Below, one piece after another: positions 41,968-52,125 of a DNA stretch of 64,000 bases. The notes under the pieces were generated by a model, which saw nothing but the letters and a program-made list of their open reading frames with translations, searched no databases and was not told the origin of the DNA. Position 1 is the first letter of the stretch, and every line of letters starts with the position of its first letter. The stretch lies in NCBI GenBank assembly GCA_001543385.1, contig LPNH01000005.1, positions 17,680-81,679 on the forward strand, given 5' to 3'. Origin of the DNA: Candidatus Hemicellulosilyticus sp. P3. GTDB taxonomy: Bacteria > Bacteroidota > Bacteroidia > Bacteroidales > P3. Both the position numbers and the translations under genes were made by a program.

Positions 41968-42588
41968 TCAGAGGGGCAGATGGATGACTTTTTTGGTCTC
42001 GAAATAGGACTCGTCGAAGTAGCGGCTGATGTCGTAGACGGTGACACAACGCCGGAATGGAGCCAACTCGGCGGACAATTCACCGCCTTTGAGACAGATT
42101 ATGCCGTTGGGCAGTGCATGACGGTGCTGATGTGCAACACGGCCCCTCACCCACCCCGCAAATTCGGGCAGCGCCGTAACGGCACGCGAAACAACGAAAT
42201 CGAAGGTGCCGTCCACTTGTTCGGCACGAGTCTGTATCGCCTGCACATTTTTCAGACCGAGCTGCCGCACAACATCCTGAACGACACGGATTTTTTTGCC
42301 GATCGAGTCAACCAGCAGAAAGCTGGTGTCTGGATGGAGGATGGCCAAAGGGATGCCCGGGAAACCACCTCCGGTGCCGACGTCAAGAATCCGGGCTCCG
42401 GGTAAAAAGGATTGCACCCGCGCAATGGCCAAGGAATGGAGCACATGATGCTCGTAAAACAAATCCATGTCGCGCCGTGAGATGACGTTGATTTTGGCAT
42501 TCCAGTCTTTATAAAGTGGAAGCAACGCGGCAAATTGCCCGCGCTGAAGCGGAGTCAAAACCGGAAAATAATGCAGAATACGCTCCAT
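41968..42588 (-). CDS. rsmG: 16S rRNA (guanine527-N7)-methyltransferase
   Basis: It has a GidB-type pattern and the SAM motif ILDVGTGGGFPGIPLAI. Confidence 0.92.
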   Translation of the reverse strand: MERILHYFPVLTPLQRGQFAALLPLYKDWNAKINVISRRDMDLFYEHHVLHSLAIARVQSFLPGARILDVGTGGGFPGIPLAILHPDTSFLLVDSIGKKIRVVQDVVRQLGLKNVQAIQTRAEQVDGTFDFVVSRAVTALPEFAGWVRGRVAHQHRHALPNGIICLKGGELSAELAPFRRCVTVYDISRYFDESYFETKKVIHLPL

Positions 42589-42637
42589 CGATAGCGTGCC
42601 GGATTATCACGGTGTTCCGGTCTGTCCAGCCCCGATT

Positions 42638-43498
42638 CTATAAATAGGTTATCAGGTGTTTGCTTTTTGAACTTGCTTTGAGGCGCTTGATGCCTTTCTC
42701 TTTTATCTGTCGCACACGTTCGCGGGTGAGGTTGTATTTTTGCGCAATCTCGTCCAGACTGAGTGCATGGGACATACCGATGCCGAAGAACATTTTGATG
42801 ATACCGCGCTCGACATCGGTGAGGGTGGAAAGAGAACGCTCTATTTCGAGGGAGAGGGACTCTCTCATGAGGGTGTCGTCGGTGTCGGGGGTGTCTTCGT
42901 TGACCATGACGTCGACATAATTGACATCTTCGTCGGCGACCAGCGGTGCGTCGATGGAGATGTGGCGTCCCGAGATGCCGAGGATACTTTTTATTTTCTC
43001 TTCGGGGATGTCAAGCATGTCGGCCAGCTCCTCCTCTGACGGCGGACGTTCCAACTCCTGCTCAAGACGGTTAATCTCTTTTTTCAGCTTGTTGAGCGCT
43101 CCGAGCTGATTGGAGGGCAGACGCACGATGCGGGAGTTTTCGGCGATAGCCTGCAAGATGGACTGACGGATCCACCACACAGCGTAGGAGATGAATTTAA
43201 AACCGCGTGTTTCGTCGAAACGCTTGGCGGCTTTGATGAGCCCCACGTTGCCCTCGTTGATGAGGTCGGAAAGGCTCAGCCCCTGGTTCTGGTACTGCTT
43301 GGCCACAGAGACAACGAAACGCAGGTTGGCCTTGGTGAGCCTGTCGAGGGCAGCCTGGTCGCCGGCTTTGATGCGTTGCGCCAACTCAACCTCCTCGTCG
43401 GGGGTGAGCAGTTCGACACTGCAGATATCCTGCAGGTATTTGTCAAGTGTGCGGTCTTCGCGGTTGGTGATGGAATGGGTGATTTTCAGCTGTCTCAT
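42638..43498 (-). CDS. rpoD: Primary RNA polymerase sigma factor (sigma-A, Bacteroidota short form)
   Basis: Regions 1.2-4.2 are present ([34 protein letters not shown]). The length is 286 aa. Confidence 0.95.
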   Translation of the reverse strand: MRQLKITHSITNREDRTLDKYLQDICSVELLTPDEEVELAQRIKAGDQAALDRLTKANLRFVVSVAKQYQNQGLSLSDLINEGNVGLIKAAKRFDETRGFKFISYAVWWIRQSILQAIAENSRIVRLPSNQLGALNKLKKEINRLEQELERPPSEEELADMLDIPEEKIKSILGISGRHISIDAPLVADEDVNYVDVMVNEDTPDTDDTLMRESLSLEIERSLSTLTDVERGIIKMFFGIGMSHALSLDEIAQKYNLTRERVRQIKEKGIKRLKASSKSKHLITYL

Positions 43499-43584
43499 AT
43501 CCTAATAATCGTGCGTCGTGATTGCGTAGCTGTTTAGATTAACGACATTTTGGGCAAAATGTTACATAGTTTGGCAAAAAAACG

Positions 43585-43592
43585 TATTTTTG
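43585..43592 (+). promoter_or_regulatory. Bacteroidota -7 box (TAnnTTTG) upstream of ffh
   Basis: TATTTTTG lies 25 nt upstream of the ffh ATG. Confidence 0.4.
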
Positions 43593-43616
43593 CATCTTAT
43601 AATTTGATAATAGCGG

Positions 43617-44936
43617 ATGTTTGAGAATTTAAGCCATAAAATAGAAAAAGCCCTGCACACCCTGCGCGGCAAGGGATCGATAACGGACATCAATGTCGCA
43701 GAGACCATGAAGGAGGTGCGGAAGGCATTACTGGACGCCGACGTGAGCTATCCGATTGCCAAAGCCTTCACCGACAAAGTGAAAAGCGAGGCGTTGGGAC
43801 GCAATGTGATTCAGAGCATTGAGCCCGGTCAGTTGATGGTGAAGATTGTGCACGAGGAACTGACAGCGTTGATGGGTGGCGAATCGGTGGATATCAACAT
43901 CAAAGGCAATCCCGCCGTGGTTCTGATTGCAGGACTACAAGGGTCGGGAAAAACGACGTTCAGCGCCAAGTTGGCCCATCACCTGAAGAGCAAACGGGGC
44001 AAACGGGTGATGCTGGCGGCATGTGACGTATATCGACCGGCGGCTGTCGGGCAGTTACAGACGCTGGGCGGGCAGATTGGGGTGCCGGTGTTCACCGAAG
44101 AGGGCAACACCAATCCGGTTGACATCGCAAGCAAAGCTGTGCGCGAGGCAAAACAAACGGGTTGCGATGTGGTGATTGTCGACACCGCGGGCCGGTTGGC
44201 CGTCGACGAGGAGATGATGGCGGAAATTGCGCTTCTGAAGAGCGAACTGAAGCCGCAGGAGACGTTGTTTGTGGTGGACGCAATGACAGGACAGGATGCC
44301 GTCAACACTGCGAAGGCTTTTAATGAGCGCATCGACTATGACGGCGTGGTGTTGACGAAACTGGACGGCGACACACGCGGCGGCGCCGCATTGACAATCC
44401 GCTACAGCGTTGAGAAACCCATCAAGTTTGTGGGCGTGGGCGAGAAGATGGAAGCGCTGGATGTGTTCCACCCCGACCGAATGGCCAGCCGCATACTTGG
44501 CATGGGCGACGTGGTGTCGCTGGTGGAGCGTGCTCAAGAGCAGTATGACGAAGAGGAGGCCCGCCGCATTCAGAAGAAGATTATACACAATGAGTATAAC
44601 TTCGACGACTTTATGGGCCAGATAGCCCAAATCAAGAAGATGGGCAGCATGAAAGATTTGATGGGCATGATTCCCGGCATGGGGAAGCTGACCAAAAATC
44701 TGGATATCAGCGACGATGCGTTTGCACCCATCGAGGCCATGATCGGTTCAATGACACCGTATGAAAGGCAGAACCCCGGTTGCCTCAACGGCAGCCGCAA
44801 GCAGCGTATAGCCAAAGGAAGCGGGCGCAACATACAAGAGCTGAACCGCTTTCTGAAACAGTTTGAGGAGACACGCAAGATGATGAAGATGGTGTCGACG
44901 AAAGGAGGCAAACTGCCGATGATGCGGAGAAAGTAG
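43617..44936 (+). CDS. ffh: Signal recognition particle protein
   Basis: It has an N-domain, the G-domain motifs GLQGSGKTT, DTAGR and TKLDGD, and a Met-rich M-domain. Confidence 0.97.
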   Translation: MFENLSHKIEKALHTLRGKGSITDINVAETMKEVRKALLDADVSYPIAKAFTDKVKSEALGRNVIQSIEPGQLMVKIVHEELTALMGGESVDINIKGNPAVVLIAGLQGSGKTTFSAKLAHHLKSKRGKRVMLAACDVYRPAAVGQLQTLGGQIGVPVFTEEGNTNPVDIASKAVREAKQTGCDVVIVDTAGRLAVDEEMMAEIALLKSELKPQETLFVVDAMTGQDAVNTAKAFNERIDYDGVVLTKLDGDTRGGAALTIRYSVEKPIKFVGVGEKMEALDVFHPDRMASRILGMGDVVSLVERAQEQYDEEEARRIQKKIIHNEYNFDDFMGQIAQIKKMGSMKDLMGMIPGMGKLTKNLDISDDAFAPIEAMIGSMTPYERQNPGCLNGSRKQRIAKGSGRNIQELNRFLKQFEETRKMMKMVSTKGGKLPMMRRK

Positions 44937-45079
44937 CAATGCAGGCCGATGGCAGCAAAAAGATGTTGAACGTTTTCGACAAGCACCATGGCCCAAGTCA
45001 AGTTTGCATGAACCTTGGCATGGAGAGAATACAACTGATGAAATTGATGGTTTTATTCACTATTTGTTTTTAATTGCTT

Positions 45080-45958
45080 ATGTTTCAGCTTTTGGACGGC
45101 AAGGCTACGGCCATCGAAATCAAAAACCGGATTGCAAACGAGGTGCGGCAGTATACACAACAGGGGCTGCGCGCCCCTCATTTGGCCGCGATATTGGTTG
45201 GCGACGACGGAGCCAGCCAAACGTATGTGGCAAACAAAGAGAAGTCAAGCCATGAGGTGGGTTTTACGTCGTCGGTATATCGTTACGCCGAAGGGACCAG
45301 CGAGCGCCAACTATTAGAGACCATTGATTTCTTGAACCACGACGAAGAGGTGGACGGTTTTATTGTACAGCTGCCGCTTCCCGGGCACATTGACGAGCAA
45401 CATATTATCAACGCCATCAACCCGAAAAAGGATGTGGACGGATTCACACCGGTCAACCTGGGCAATATGATGCTGGGAGAGGATTGTTTCGTGCCGGCCA
45501 CACCGAAGGGTATATGCACACTGTTGCGCCACTACGAAATCGAGACGGAAGGCCGCCACTGCGTGGTGATAGGTCGCAGCAATATTGTAGGCACTCCTGT
45601 AGCCAACCTGCTCTCACGTAAAGGGTTTGACTGCACGGTAACCCTCTGTCACAGCCGCACACAGCATCTGTCTGCACTGACGCGCCAGGCTGATATACTG
45701 GTGGTGGCCATGGGCAAGCCGGAATTTGTCACTGCCGACATGGTGAAAGAAGGCGCCGTGGTGGTGGATGTGGGCATCCACCGTGTGGCCGACGCAAGCC
45801 GGAAAAGCGGCTTCCGCCTGTTGGGCGATGTGAAACACGACGAGGTGGATGAACGTTGCAGCTGGGTGACACCGGTACCCGGAGGCGTGGGGCCACTGAC
45901 CATTGTGTCGCTGCTGGAGAACACGCTGCAGGCCTACAAACGCACGATGGCGCTGTAG
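45080..45958 (+). CDS. folD: Bifunctional methylenetetrahydrofolate dehydrogenase/cyclohydrolase
   Basis: LLDGKA..., GDDGASQTYV, VIGRSNIVG and PVPGGVGPLT motifs are present. The first ATG is at 45080. Confidence 0.95.
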   Translation: MFQLLDGKATAIEIKNRIANEVRQYTQQGLRAPHLAAILVGDDGASQTYVANKEKSSHEVGFTSSVYRYAEGTSERQLLETIDFLNHDEEVDGFIVQLPLPGHIDEQHIINAINPKKDVDGFTPVNLGNMMLGEDCFVPATPKGICTLLRHYEIETEGRHCVVIGRSNIVGTPVANLLSRKGFDCTVTLCHSRTQHLSALTRQADILVVAMGKPEFVTADMVKEGAVVVDVGIHRVADASRKSGFRLLGDVKHDEVDERCSWVTPVPGGVGPLTIVSLLENTLQAYKRTMAL

Positions 45959-46022
45959 CTGTGTCTGTCACGGAGCGCAAGAAAGTTCGGAGCAAGCGAC
46001 ACCGTTGGATTTAGAAGGAGTC

Positions 46023-47315
46023 ATGTTTTCCTCTCGGATATGGGCCTGCCGGCGGTACTTTATATTTACCGGACTTTTGTTGTATACTGCCGGCGTGCCG
46101 TATACAGCCATGGCCAACGATGCGTACAGCATTGCCGATTCCGCGTTGCATCCCGGCGATGTCGCAAACGCTGTGCCCCGACTCGGATTTGAGCTTCACG
46201 GCAATGCATTTTTCATTGACAACGAGCACTCCGGATCGAGCCGCGTGAACGGTTATACGATACCGGGGGTTTCTCTGCAGCCTCGCCTGACATGGCGCCT
46301 TGACCGGCGGGTGTCGCTGCAGACAGGTGTGCACTGGCTGCATTTCTGGGGGAACAATTCACCATATGACAAGGAGGGAGTGGATCTGCTCTGTACAGCT
46401 ATTGACAGCACACAACCCGCCATGCTGCAGCCTTGGGTGCAGTTGCGGTTGGATCCGGCCGACTGGGTGACGCTGGTGCTGGGCAACCTGATCAACACAG
46501 ACGGACACAGACTGCCCTTGCCTCTCTATAACCCGGAACGGACAGTAGCTGCCGAACCCGAAGCAGGTGTGCAGATATTGCTGAAGCGGCCATGGCTGCT
46601 GGCCGACGTGTGGGTAGACTGGCAGCAGTTTATCTGGAACAACAGTCCGCGCCGCGAACGCTTTATCGCTGGCGTATCTGCCGAGGCAAGCGTCAAGACC
46701 GGCGACTGGAGGCTATATGCACCGATGTATTTGCTTGCCCAGCATCTGGGCGGCGAAGACCGATCCGACACGACACATTCCGTTCAGACATATTACAATG
46801 CGGCTGCCGGGCTGGGGGTGAGCCGACAGCTTGGCACGGTGAAACTGCGAGCCGACTGTTCGGCCATGTTCTTTTATCGGGACGGGGATAAGGAAGGATC
46901 GTTGAATTATGTGAATGCCGACGGCTGGGTGTATTTGTCCGGCCCGCCGCTCAATTTCAAACGAGGCTGGGGCGTCTATCCCAGACTGACAGCCGAATGG
47001 GGCAATCTGTGGGCTGAGGCGACGTTTTGGTCGGGAGAGAAGTTTATCCCGTTGCTGGGATGCTACCACTACTCCAATGTTTCGGTCAACACATCAGACA
47101 TGACACACGACCGCATCCGTGTGGCTGCTCTGCGGATGCAATGGACGCCGGACAAAATGAGATACTGCACAATGCATATTTATGGTGCCTATTATCACTA
47201 TTTCCCTTTTACCGCAGACCGTACATCCTATTCGAAGGTGGAAGGCAAAGCGGCCGACATCTTCTCGGTGGGCGTGACGGTTGAGTTTAACTTCGCTGTG
47301 CCATTATTACAATGA
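46023..47315 (+). CDS. Hypothetical secreted/outer-membrane protein
   Basis: It has a signal-like N-terminus (MFSSRIWACRRYFIFTGLLLYTAGVPYTAMA) and an aromatic-rich, beta-like composition. The start is set at ATG 46023, downstream of the folD stop. Confidence 0.5.
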   Translation: MFSSRIWACRRYFIFTGLLLYTAGVPYTAMANDAYSIADSALHPGDVANAVPRLGFELHGNAFFIDNEHSGSSRVNGYTIPGVSLQPRLTWRLDRRVSLQTGVHWLHFWGNNSPYDKEGVDLLCTAIDSTQPAMLQPWVQLRLDPADWVTLVLGNLINTDGHRLPLPLYNPERTVAAEPEAGVQILLKRPWLLADVWVDWQQFIWNNSPRRERFIAGVSAEASVKTGDWRLYAPMYLLAQHLGGEDRSDTTHSVQTYYNAAAGLGVSRQLGTVKLRADCSAMFFYRDGDKEGSLNYVNADGWVYLSGPPLNFKRGWGVYPRLTAEWGNLWAEATFWSGEKFIPLLGCYHYSNVSVNTSDMTHDRIRVAALRMQWTPDKMRYCTMHIYGAYYHYFPFTADRTSYSKVEGKAADIFSVGVTVEFNFAVPLLQ

Positions 47316-47370
47316 TCCGCACCTGTCAGACACAAATCTGTTTTTATATCTGTATTTATTTTCATGAGAC

Positions 47371-47805
47371 ATGGCAAAATACGTCTTTTTATTAGCGGCC
47401 GCCGCACTGGCGGCATATTCTTTACACGCCTGTAGCCGCGGCAAGGCAGGTGCAGGACAAAACTACAGTGTGTTGACCGTTGACGCGGAAGAATTTGCAG
47501 ACCTTCTGAAACGCAGGAATGTTCGCCTGATTGATGTGCGCACGGCAAAGGAGTATGCCGAAGGGCATCTGGATGAAGCTGAGAACATGGATGTCAACCG
47601 CGCCGATTTCGACACTTTATGCGCCGACGTGCACGGCACGGTAGCCGTCTACTGCCGCGGCGGCAAGCGAAGCATGAAAGCGGCTCGGCGACTGGCAGCC
47701 CGAGGATGTACGGTCTATAATCTCGACGGCGGCATCGTTGCCTGGCGGAAGGCGGGCAAAGAGGTTGTAACCACGGGACAGCTCGAGCCCCATGTCGGCA
47801 AGTGA
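47371..47805 (+). CDS. Rhodanese-domain lipoprotein/sulfurtransferase
   Basis: It has a signal/lipobox (LAAYSLHAC) and the active-site loop YCRGGKRS. Confidence 0.85.
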   Translation: MAKYVFLLAAAALAAYSLHACSRGKAGAGQNYSVLTVDAEEFADLLKRRNVRLIDVRTAKEYAEGHLDEAENMDVNRADFDTLCADVHGTVAVYCRGGKRSMKAARRLAARGCTVYNLDGGIVAWRKAGKEVVTTGQLEPHVGK

Positions 47806-47839
47806 GTGGAACAGAAACTTCTTTTAAGCCCACCCAATC

Positions 47840-48325
47840 ATGTCAGAGAAAGGAAACAAGAAGACCAACGCCGCACGGATGCTGGACCAGATGAAGATCT
47901 CCTACGGCCTTGTCCCCTACGAGGTCGACGAAAACGACCTCGGCGCCGCCCATATTGCCAGACAGCTGGGACAGCCCATAGAGCGACTCTTCAAGACGCT
48001 GGTGCTGCGCGGCGACCGCACGGGACTCTTTGTCTGCGTCATCCCTGGCGCCGAAGAGGTGGACCTCAAAAAAGCCGCCAAGGTGACAGGCAACAAGAAG
48101 GTGGAGATGATACACGTAAAAGAACTGCTGCCGCTGACAGGCTACATCCGAGGCGGCTGTTCGCCCATCGGTATGAAGAAACCGCTGCCCACCTGGTTCC
48201 ACGAGACGGTGATGAACCACGACACCGTCTACTGCAGCGCCGGCCAACGCGGATTGCAGTTCCGCCTCGCCCCCGCCGACCTGCTACGCGCTGCCAAAGG
48301 GCGGCTGGCCGACCTGACGGTTTGA
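47840..48325 (+). CDS. ybaK: Cys-tRNA(Pro)/Cys-tRNA(Cys) deacylase
   Basis: It has a YbaK-type N-terminus (TNAARMLDQ..I.Y) and GGCSPIG. Confidence 0.9.
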   Translation: MSEKGNKKTNAARMLDQMKISYGLVPYEVDENDLGAAHIARQLGQPIERLFKTLVLRGDRTGLFVCVIPGAEEVDLKKAAKVTGNKKVEMIHVKELLPLTGYIRGGCSPIGMKKPLPTWFHETVMNHDTVYCSAGQRGLQFRLAPADLLRAAKGRLADLTV

Positions 48326-48572
48326 CCGCAGAGATGTCCATGACCGCCAATCCGCCTCATCACTGCTTGCTTTCAGCCAACACATCGACGCCATCTCTAT
48401 GACCGCGACGGACGGAAAGCCAGCCGGGTTTGCTGACGCATCCCCCGGGTCGGTCTTACCATGGCATGCCATTCTTGAAGACAGCCCCGCGGCACCCCTC
48501 GCCGCGCAACTCTTCCGACGTGAAATACAATTAAAACGCCGGCTTTGCGTTATATCAAAAAAACACCAACCT

Positions 48573-49583
48573 ATGAAAGCAGCCATTTTAAACCAATACG
48601 ACAAACATGCGATTCATGTCGACGTGCAAGACATTTCCCTACCCAAGCCTGCTGCCGACGAGGTGCTGGTAAAGGTGCTCACCGCCGGAGTCAATCCGCT
48701 GGACAACATGATTGCCCATGGCGAGGTGAGACTTATTGTCCCCTATCGACTGCCCTTGGTGATGGGCAACGAGTTGGTGGGTATCGTGGAGCGCTGTGGC
48801 CGAAATTCCACGCGCTTCGCCGTAGGTGATCGGGTCTACTGCCGTATGCCACTGTCCCGACCTGGAGCTTTTGCCGAATACGCCGCCGTGGCAGAAGGAG
48901 CATTGGCGCGCGTGCCCGACCACTTGAACGACGAGGAGGCCGCGGCGGTGCCCTTGACGGCACTGACTGCTTTGCAGGCTTTTGACCTGCTGCAAGCCAA
49001 AGAAGGCGACCGGCTGTTCATATCAGGCGGCACAGGCAGCTTTGGCGCCAGGGCCATACCGCTGGCAAAAGAACGGGGATTGCACGTCATCACCAACGGC
49101 AATGCAGAGAACAGTGAACGTGTGCTACGATTAGGCGCCGAGCGGTTTATCGACTACAAGAAAGAAGACTACACCGCGGTGCTGAAAGATGTAGACTGCG
49201 TGATTGACACACTGGGTGACAGCGAACTGCCACGCGAGTTCGGCATATTGAAACAGGGCGGACACTTGGTGTCGCTGCGCGGGCTGCCTAACGGCGAATT
49301 TGCCAACCGCACGAGGATGCCGTGGCAGAAGCGGATATTATTCGGTGCGGCCGGCCGAAAATACGACAAAATGGCTGCCCGTCGAGGACAGCACTATCAC
49401 TTCATATTCGTTCATGAAGATGGCGTTGCCCTACAACAAGCCAGCGACATCTTCTCCGCCAAACACATTGAAGCCGCTGTGGACGGTGTGTTTCCCTTGG
49501 CCGAGGTGAAAGCCGCCATGCAGAAAGTAGCCTCCGGCGGCAGTCGTGGCAAGACAGTGCTCCGCATCGCCCCTACCGCCTGA
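48573..49583 (+). CDS. Zinc-independent MDR-family NAD(P)H:quinone oxidoreductase-like protein
   Basis: MKAAILNQY..., the GVNPLD pattern and the GGTGSFG nucleotide-binding motif are present. The start is set at ATG 48573. Confidence 0.87.
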   Translation: MKAAILNQYDKHAIHVDVQDISLPKPAADEVLVKVLTAGVNPLDNMIAHGEVRLIVPYRLPLVMGNELVGIVERCGRNSTRFAVGDRVYCRMPLSRPGAFAEYAAVAEGALARVPDHLNDEEAAAVPLTALTALQAFDLLQAKEGDRLFISGGTGSFGARAIPLAKERGLHVITNGNAENSERVLRLGAERFIDYKKEDYTAVLKDVDCVIDTLGDSELPREFGILKQGGHLVSLRGLPNGEFANRTRMPWQKRILFGAAGRKYDKMAARRGQHYHFIFVHEDGVALQQASDIFSAKHIEAAVDGVFPLAEVKAAMQKVASGGSRGKTVLRIAPTA

Positions 49584-49868
49584 ACGCTTGACAGTTGTAT
49601 CATTGCCGTCATCGAGTATAACAACATGAAATTGAGCCCTGGTGACGGCACATATATTTCCGGGTGAAATTCATTTTAATTCAACCTTCACCCTCGAAAA
49701 CCATCAAGCCTCTGCTCTCTTAGAAACAGACTTTTGGCACTTTTGCTTCGATTTGTTGCATTCACTTGTTGAATCTACCTCCACCATCTACTGAAAAATA
49801 AATTTTGCAGTTCTACACATTATTCGTACTTTTATAGTTTAACATTCTCTATAATAGAAAACGATAAT

Positions 49869-49913
49869 ATATTAACTCTTAAACATTTCATCAATTAAAC
49901 TCTTATAGCAAAA
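49869..49913 (+). repeat. Direct repeat DR-L (degenerate copy of the nifJ leader and start codon)
   Basis: atattaactcttaaacatttcatcaattaaactcttatagcaaaa matches 53199-53242 at 38 of 45 aligned positions. The nifJ ATG is ATA in this copy. Confidence 0.65.
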
Positions 49914-49914
49914 T

Positions 49915-50003
49915 ATGAAGAACCATCCAGTGGATGTATCAATAGAAAACGCGGAAATCAAAAAATAGGAAACTGCTGAAATAAATATAATCAAAATACC
50001 GAT
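49915..50003 (+). repeat. Leader unit copy 1 (54-nt mini-ORF MKNHPVDVSIENAEIKK plus core AAATAGGAAACTGCTGAAATAA)
   Basis: It aligns with 50544-50630 and 50643-50721. The core at 49963-49984 carries TAG, TGA and TAA, one in each frame. Confidence 0.6.
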
Positions 50004-50630
50004 ATGGCAAAGGAAACACAAATAACAAGCCCCAAGTCCGTTGAAACGCGAGATATTGAGACTCGTTTGATTGTGCTGCGCGGACAGAAAGTGCTTATCG
50101 ACCGTGATGTGGCGGAGTTGTATGGCGTGGAAACAAAGAGGGTAAATGAGGCAGTGAAGAACAACCCCGACAAATTCCCTGAAGGGTACTTCTTTACTCT
50201 GCAAGGTGTTGAAAAGCAGCAACTGGTCGAAAATTTCGACCACTTCAAGACCTTGAAGAACTCCCCCGTCGAGCCTCGCACTTTCACCGAGAAAGGTCTT
50301 TACATGTTAGCCACCATACTGAAAAGCAAGCGTGCTACAGCAGTAACTATTGCCATCATCGAGACCTTTGCCAAAGTACGGGAGCTGAAGCGCGAGTTGG
50401 TGGAGTTGCACAAAGAGACCGACAAGGCGATGCAAGAGAAGAAGATGCACCACTTCGGCGAAGTGCTGACCGACATAGTGATGCCCGACCTCGAAACCTC
50501 CGAGACGGAATCATCGTTAGAAATCAACTTCCTCATCGGCAACATGAAGAAATGCCAGTGGCATTTCGATAGCGGAGCGGAGAACAAAGAACACACCGTA
50601 AAACGAGTAAGAAAAGGCGATAGCAAATGA
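50004..50630 (+). CDS. ORF6N-domain (KilA-N-related DNA-binding) protein
   Basis: IVLRGQKVLIDRDVAELYGVETKRVNEAVKNNPDKFPEGYFFTL is the typical ORF6N pattern. The last 28 codons (from 50544) are an in-frame copy of the leader unit. Confidence 0.8.
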   Translation: MAKETQITSPKSVETRDIETRLIVLRGQKVLIDRDVAELYGVETKRVNEAVKNNPDKFPEGYFFTLQGVEKQQLVENFDHFKTLKNSPVEPRTFTEKGLYMLATILKSKRATAVTIAIIETFAKVRELKRELVELHKETDKAMQEKKMHHFGEVLTDIVMPDLETSETESSLEINFLIGNMKKCQWHFDSGAENKEHTVKRVRKGDSK

Positions 50631-50642
50631 CCGCGCTGGAAC

Positions 50643-50721
50643 GTGAAGAATGTCCTATGGACATTCGATAGCGTAACGGAGAACAAAACGAAATAGGAAA
50701 CGGCTGAAATAATAATACGAA
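50643..50721 (+). repeat. Leader unit copy 2b (54-nt mini-ORF VKNVLWTFDSVTENKTK plus core AAATAGGAAACGGCTGAAATAA)
   Basis: It shows high identity to 49915-49992. The core is at 50691-50712, 9 nt before ATG 50722. Confidence 0.6.
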
Positions 50722-51594
50722 ATGGAGAAAGTTCAGATATTTCAAGATAAGAAAGTCCGCACCCATTGGGATGCCGAGAAGGAGGAATGGTACTTCTCGG
50801 TGGTGGATGTTGTCAGAGTGTTGACGGATTCTGCCAACCCGACAGACTATCTCAAAAAGATGCGCAAACGTGATTCTGAACTTGCTACGTTCATGGGGAC
50901 AAATTGTCCCCAGGTAGATATGATGACGGAGACTGGGAAGCGGAGAAAGACGCTCGCCGCTGACAGTAAGGCTGTTTTCCGCATCATTCAATCAATTCCT
51001 TCGCCCAAAGCCGAGCCATTCAAGCAATGGATGGCGCAGGTGGGAGCTGAACGGCTGGATGAGATAGCCGATCCTGAGAAAGCTATCGCTCGTGGTGCTG
51101 ACTTCTATCGTGCCAAGGGCTACAGCGAAGGGTGGATTAACCAACGGCTACAGTCTATTGAGATGCGCAAGGAGTTGACCGACGAGTGGAAAGCCCGCGA
51201 TATCGATCAGGAACGCGACTATGCCATACTGACTAACGAAATGACCCGCGCATGGAGCGGCCTCACGGTGCGCGACTACAAAGACGTAAAAGGCTTGAGG
51301 AAAGAGAACCTTCGTGACAATATGACCAATCTTGAACTGGTGCTCAACATGCTTGCCGAAGTTACCACCACAGCCATCTCTCGCAGCCGTCAGCCAGAGA
51401 CCTTTGCAGAAAGCCGGAATATAGCCATCGAGGGGGGCAATGTGGCCGGCTCCGCCCGCCGCGAGATTGAGCTGCGCACCGGCCAACCCGTAGTCAGCCC
51501 TCTCAATGCCACCGACAAACTCGCCCTCGACACCTCTATAGAAGACGTAAAACAAATAGAAACAAATGGCCGTGCTGGAAGAAGTGGGAAATAG
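50722..51594 (+). CDS. Bro-N domain protein (DinD/antirepressor-like)
   Basis: The N-terminus is IFQDKKVRTHWDAEKEEWYFSVVDVVRVLTDS (Bro-N). The C-terminal region PSPKAEPFKQWMAQVGAERLDEI...GWINQR resembles DinD-type proteins. Its stop codon is the TAG of leader core copy 3. Confidence 0.78.
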   Translation: MEKVQIFQDKKVRTHWDAEKEEWYFSVVDVVRVLTDSANPTDYLKKMRKRDSELATFMGTNCPQVDMMTETGKRRKTLAADSKAVFRIIQSIPSPKAEPFKQWMAQVGAERLDEIADPEKAIARGADFYRAKGYSEGWINQRLQSIEMRKELTDEWKARDIDQERDYAILTNEMTRAWSGLTVRDYKDVKGLRKENLRDNMTNLELVLNMLAEVTTTAISRSRQPETFAESRNIAIEGGNVAGSARREIELRTGQPVVSPLNATDKLALDTSIEDVKQIETNGRAGRSGK

Positions 51595-51610
51595 GAAACT
51601 GATGAAATAA
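51589..51610 (+). repeat. Leader core copy 3 (AAATAGGAAACTGATGAAATAA)
   Basis: A 20/22 match to the other cores, 17 nt before ATG 51628. The upstream flank GTGCTGGAAGAAGTG resembles GCGCTGGAACGTGAAG at 50631-50646. Confidence 0.55.
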
Positions 51611-51627
51611 ACAAAAATATACAATCT

Positions 51628-52119
51628 ATGAAACTTAAGAAAATCATATTACTTACTTTGATGCCTCTCGTATTTGCATCATGTGTAACTCTTCAACCTG
51701 TTCGTGTAACGAGAAATACATCTTTGGACAATTACACATATTTTTACATAACACCTACTGAAACCAAGACTGGTTCTACAGGAGGTGTATATGGTAATGG
51801 ATATGGCGTTTATGGTTCCTCCCTAAGCAAGAGTACAAATCCAGCAGATATCATTTCCGGCTATCTCATCAAAAGAGGAATGGTTCGATTACCCGAAGTG
51901 AGAAGTGATTTAGCTGACAAAACCATGATTATTAACTATGGAGAAACAGGACGACGCAGTACTGGACTCGGTTACACTATTGAAATCACACTTCAGATAC
52001 TTTCTGCAAAAACAAGTGAAGTCGTTTGTGTTGTAGCAGGCGAAGGTCAAGGTGAAACAGAAGCTGACGATATTAGAATAGCCATTAACCGTTGTCTTGA
52101 AGAAATGTATAAGCAATAA
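51628..52119 (+). CDS. Hypothetical lipoprotein
   Basis: It has a lipoprotein signal with lipobox (LMPLVFASC). No family was recognised. Confidence 0.7.
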   Translation: MKLKKIILLTLMPLVFASCVTLQPVRVTRNTSLDNYTYFYITPTETKTGSTGGVYGNGYGVYGSSLSKSTNPADIISGYLIKRGMVRLPEVRSDLADKTMIINYGETGRRSTGLGYTIEITLQILSAKTSEVVCVVAGEGQGETEADDIRIAINRCLEEMYKQ

Positions 52120-52125
52120 ACAACA

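Noticed and set aside
49872-50243. A 123-aa minus-strand ORF overlapping DR-L, leader unit 1 and the ORF6N gene
   Set aside because: It is antisense to a gene with a clear ORF6N domain and spans non-coding repeat sequence. It has no motif support.
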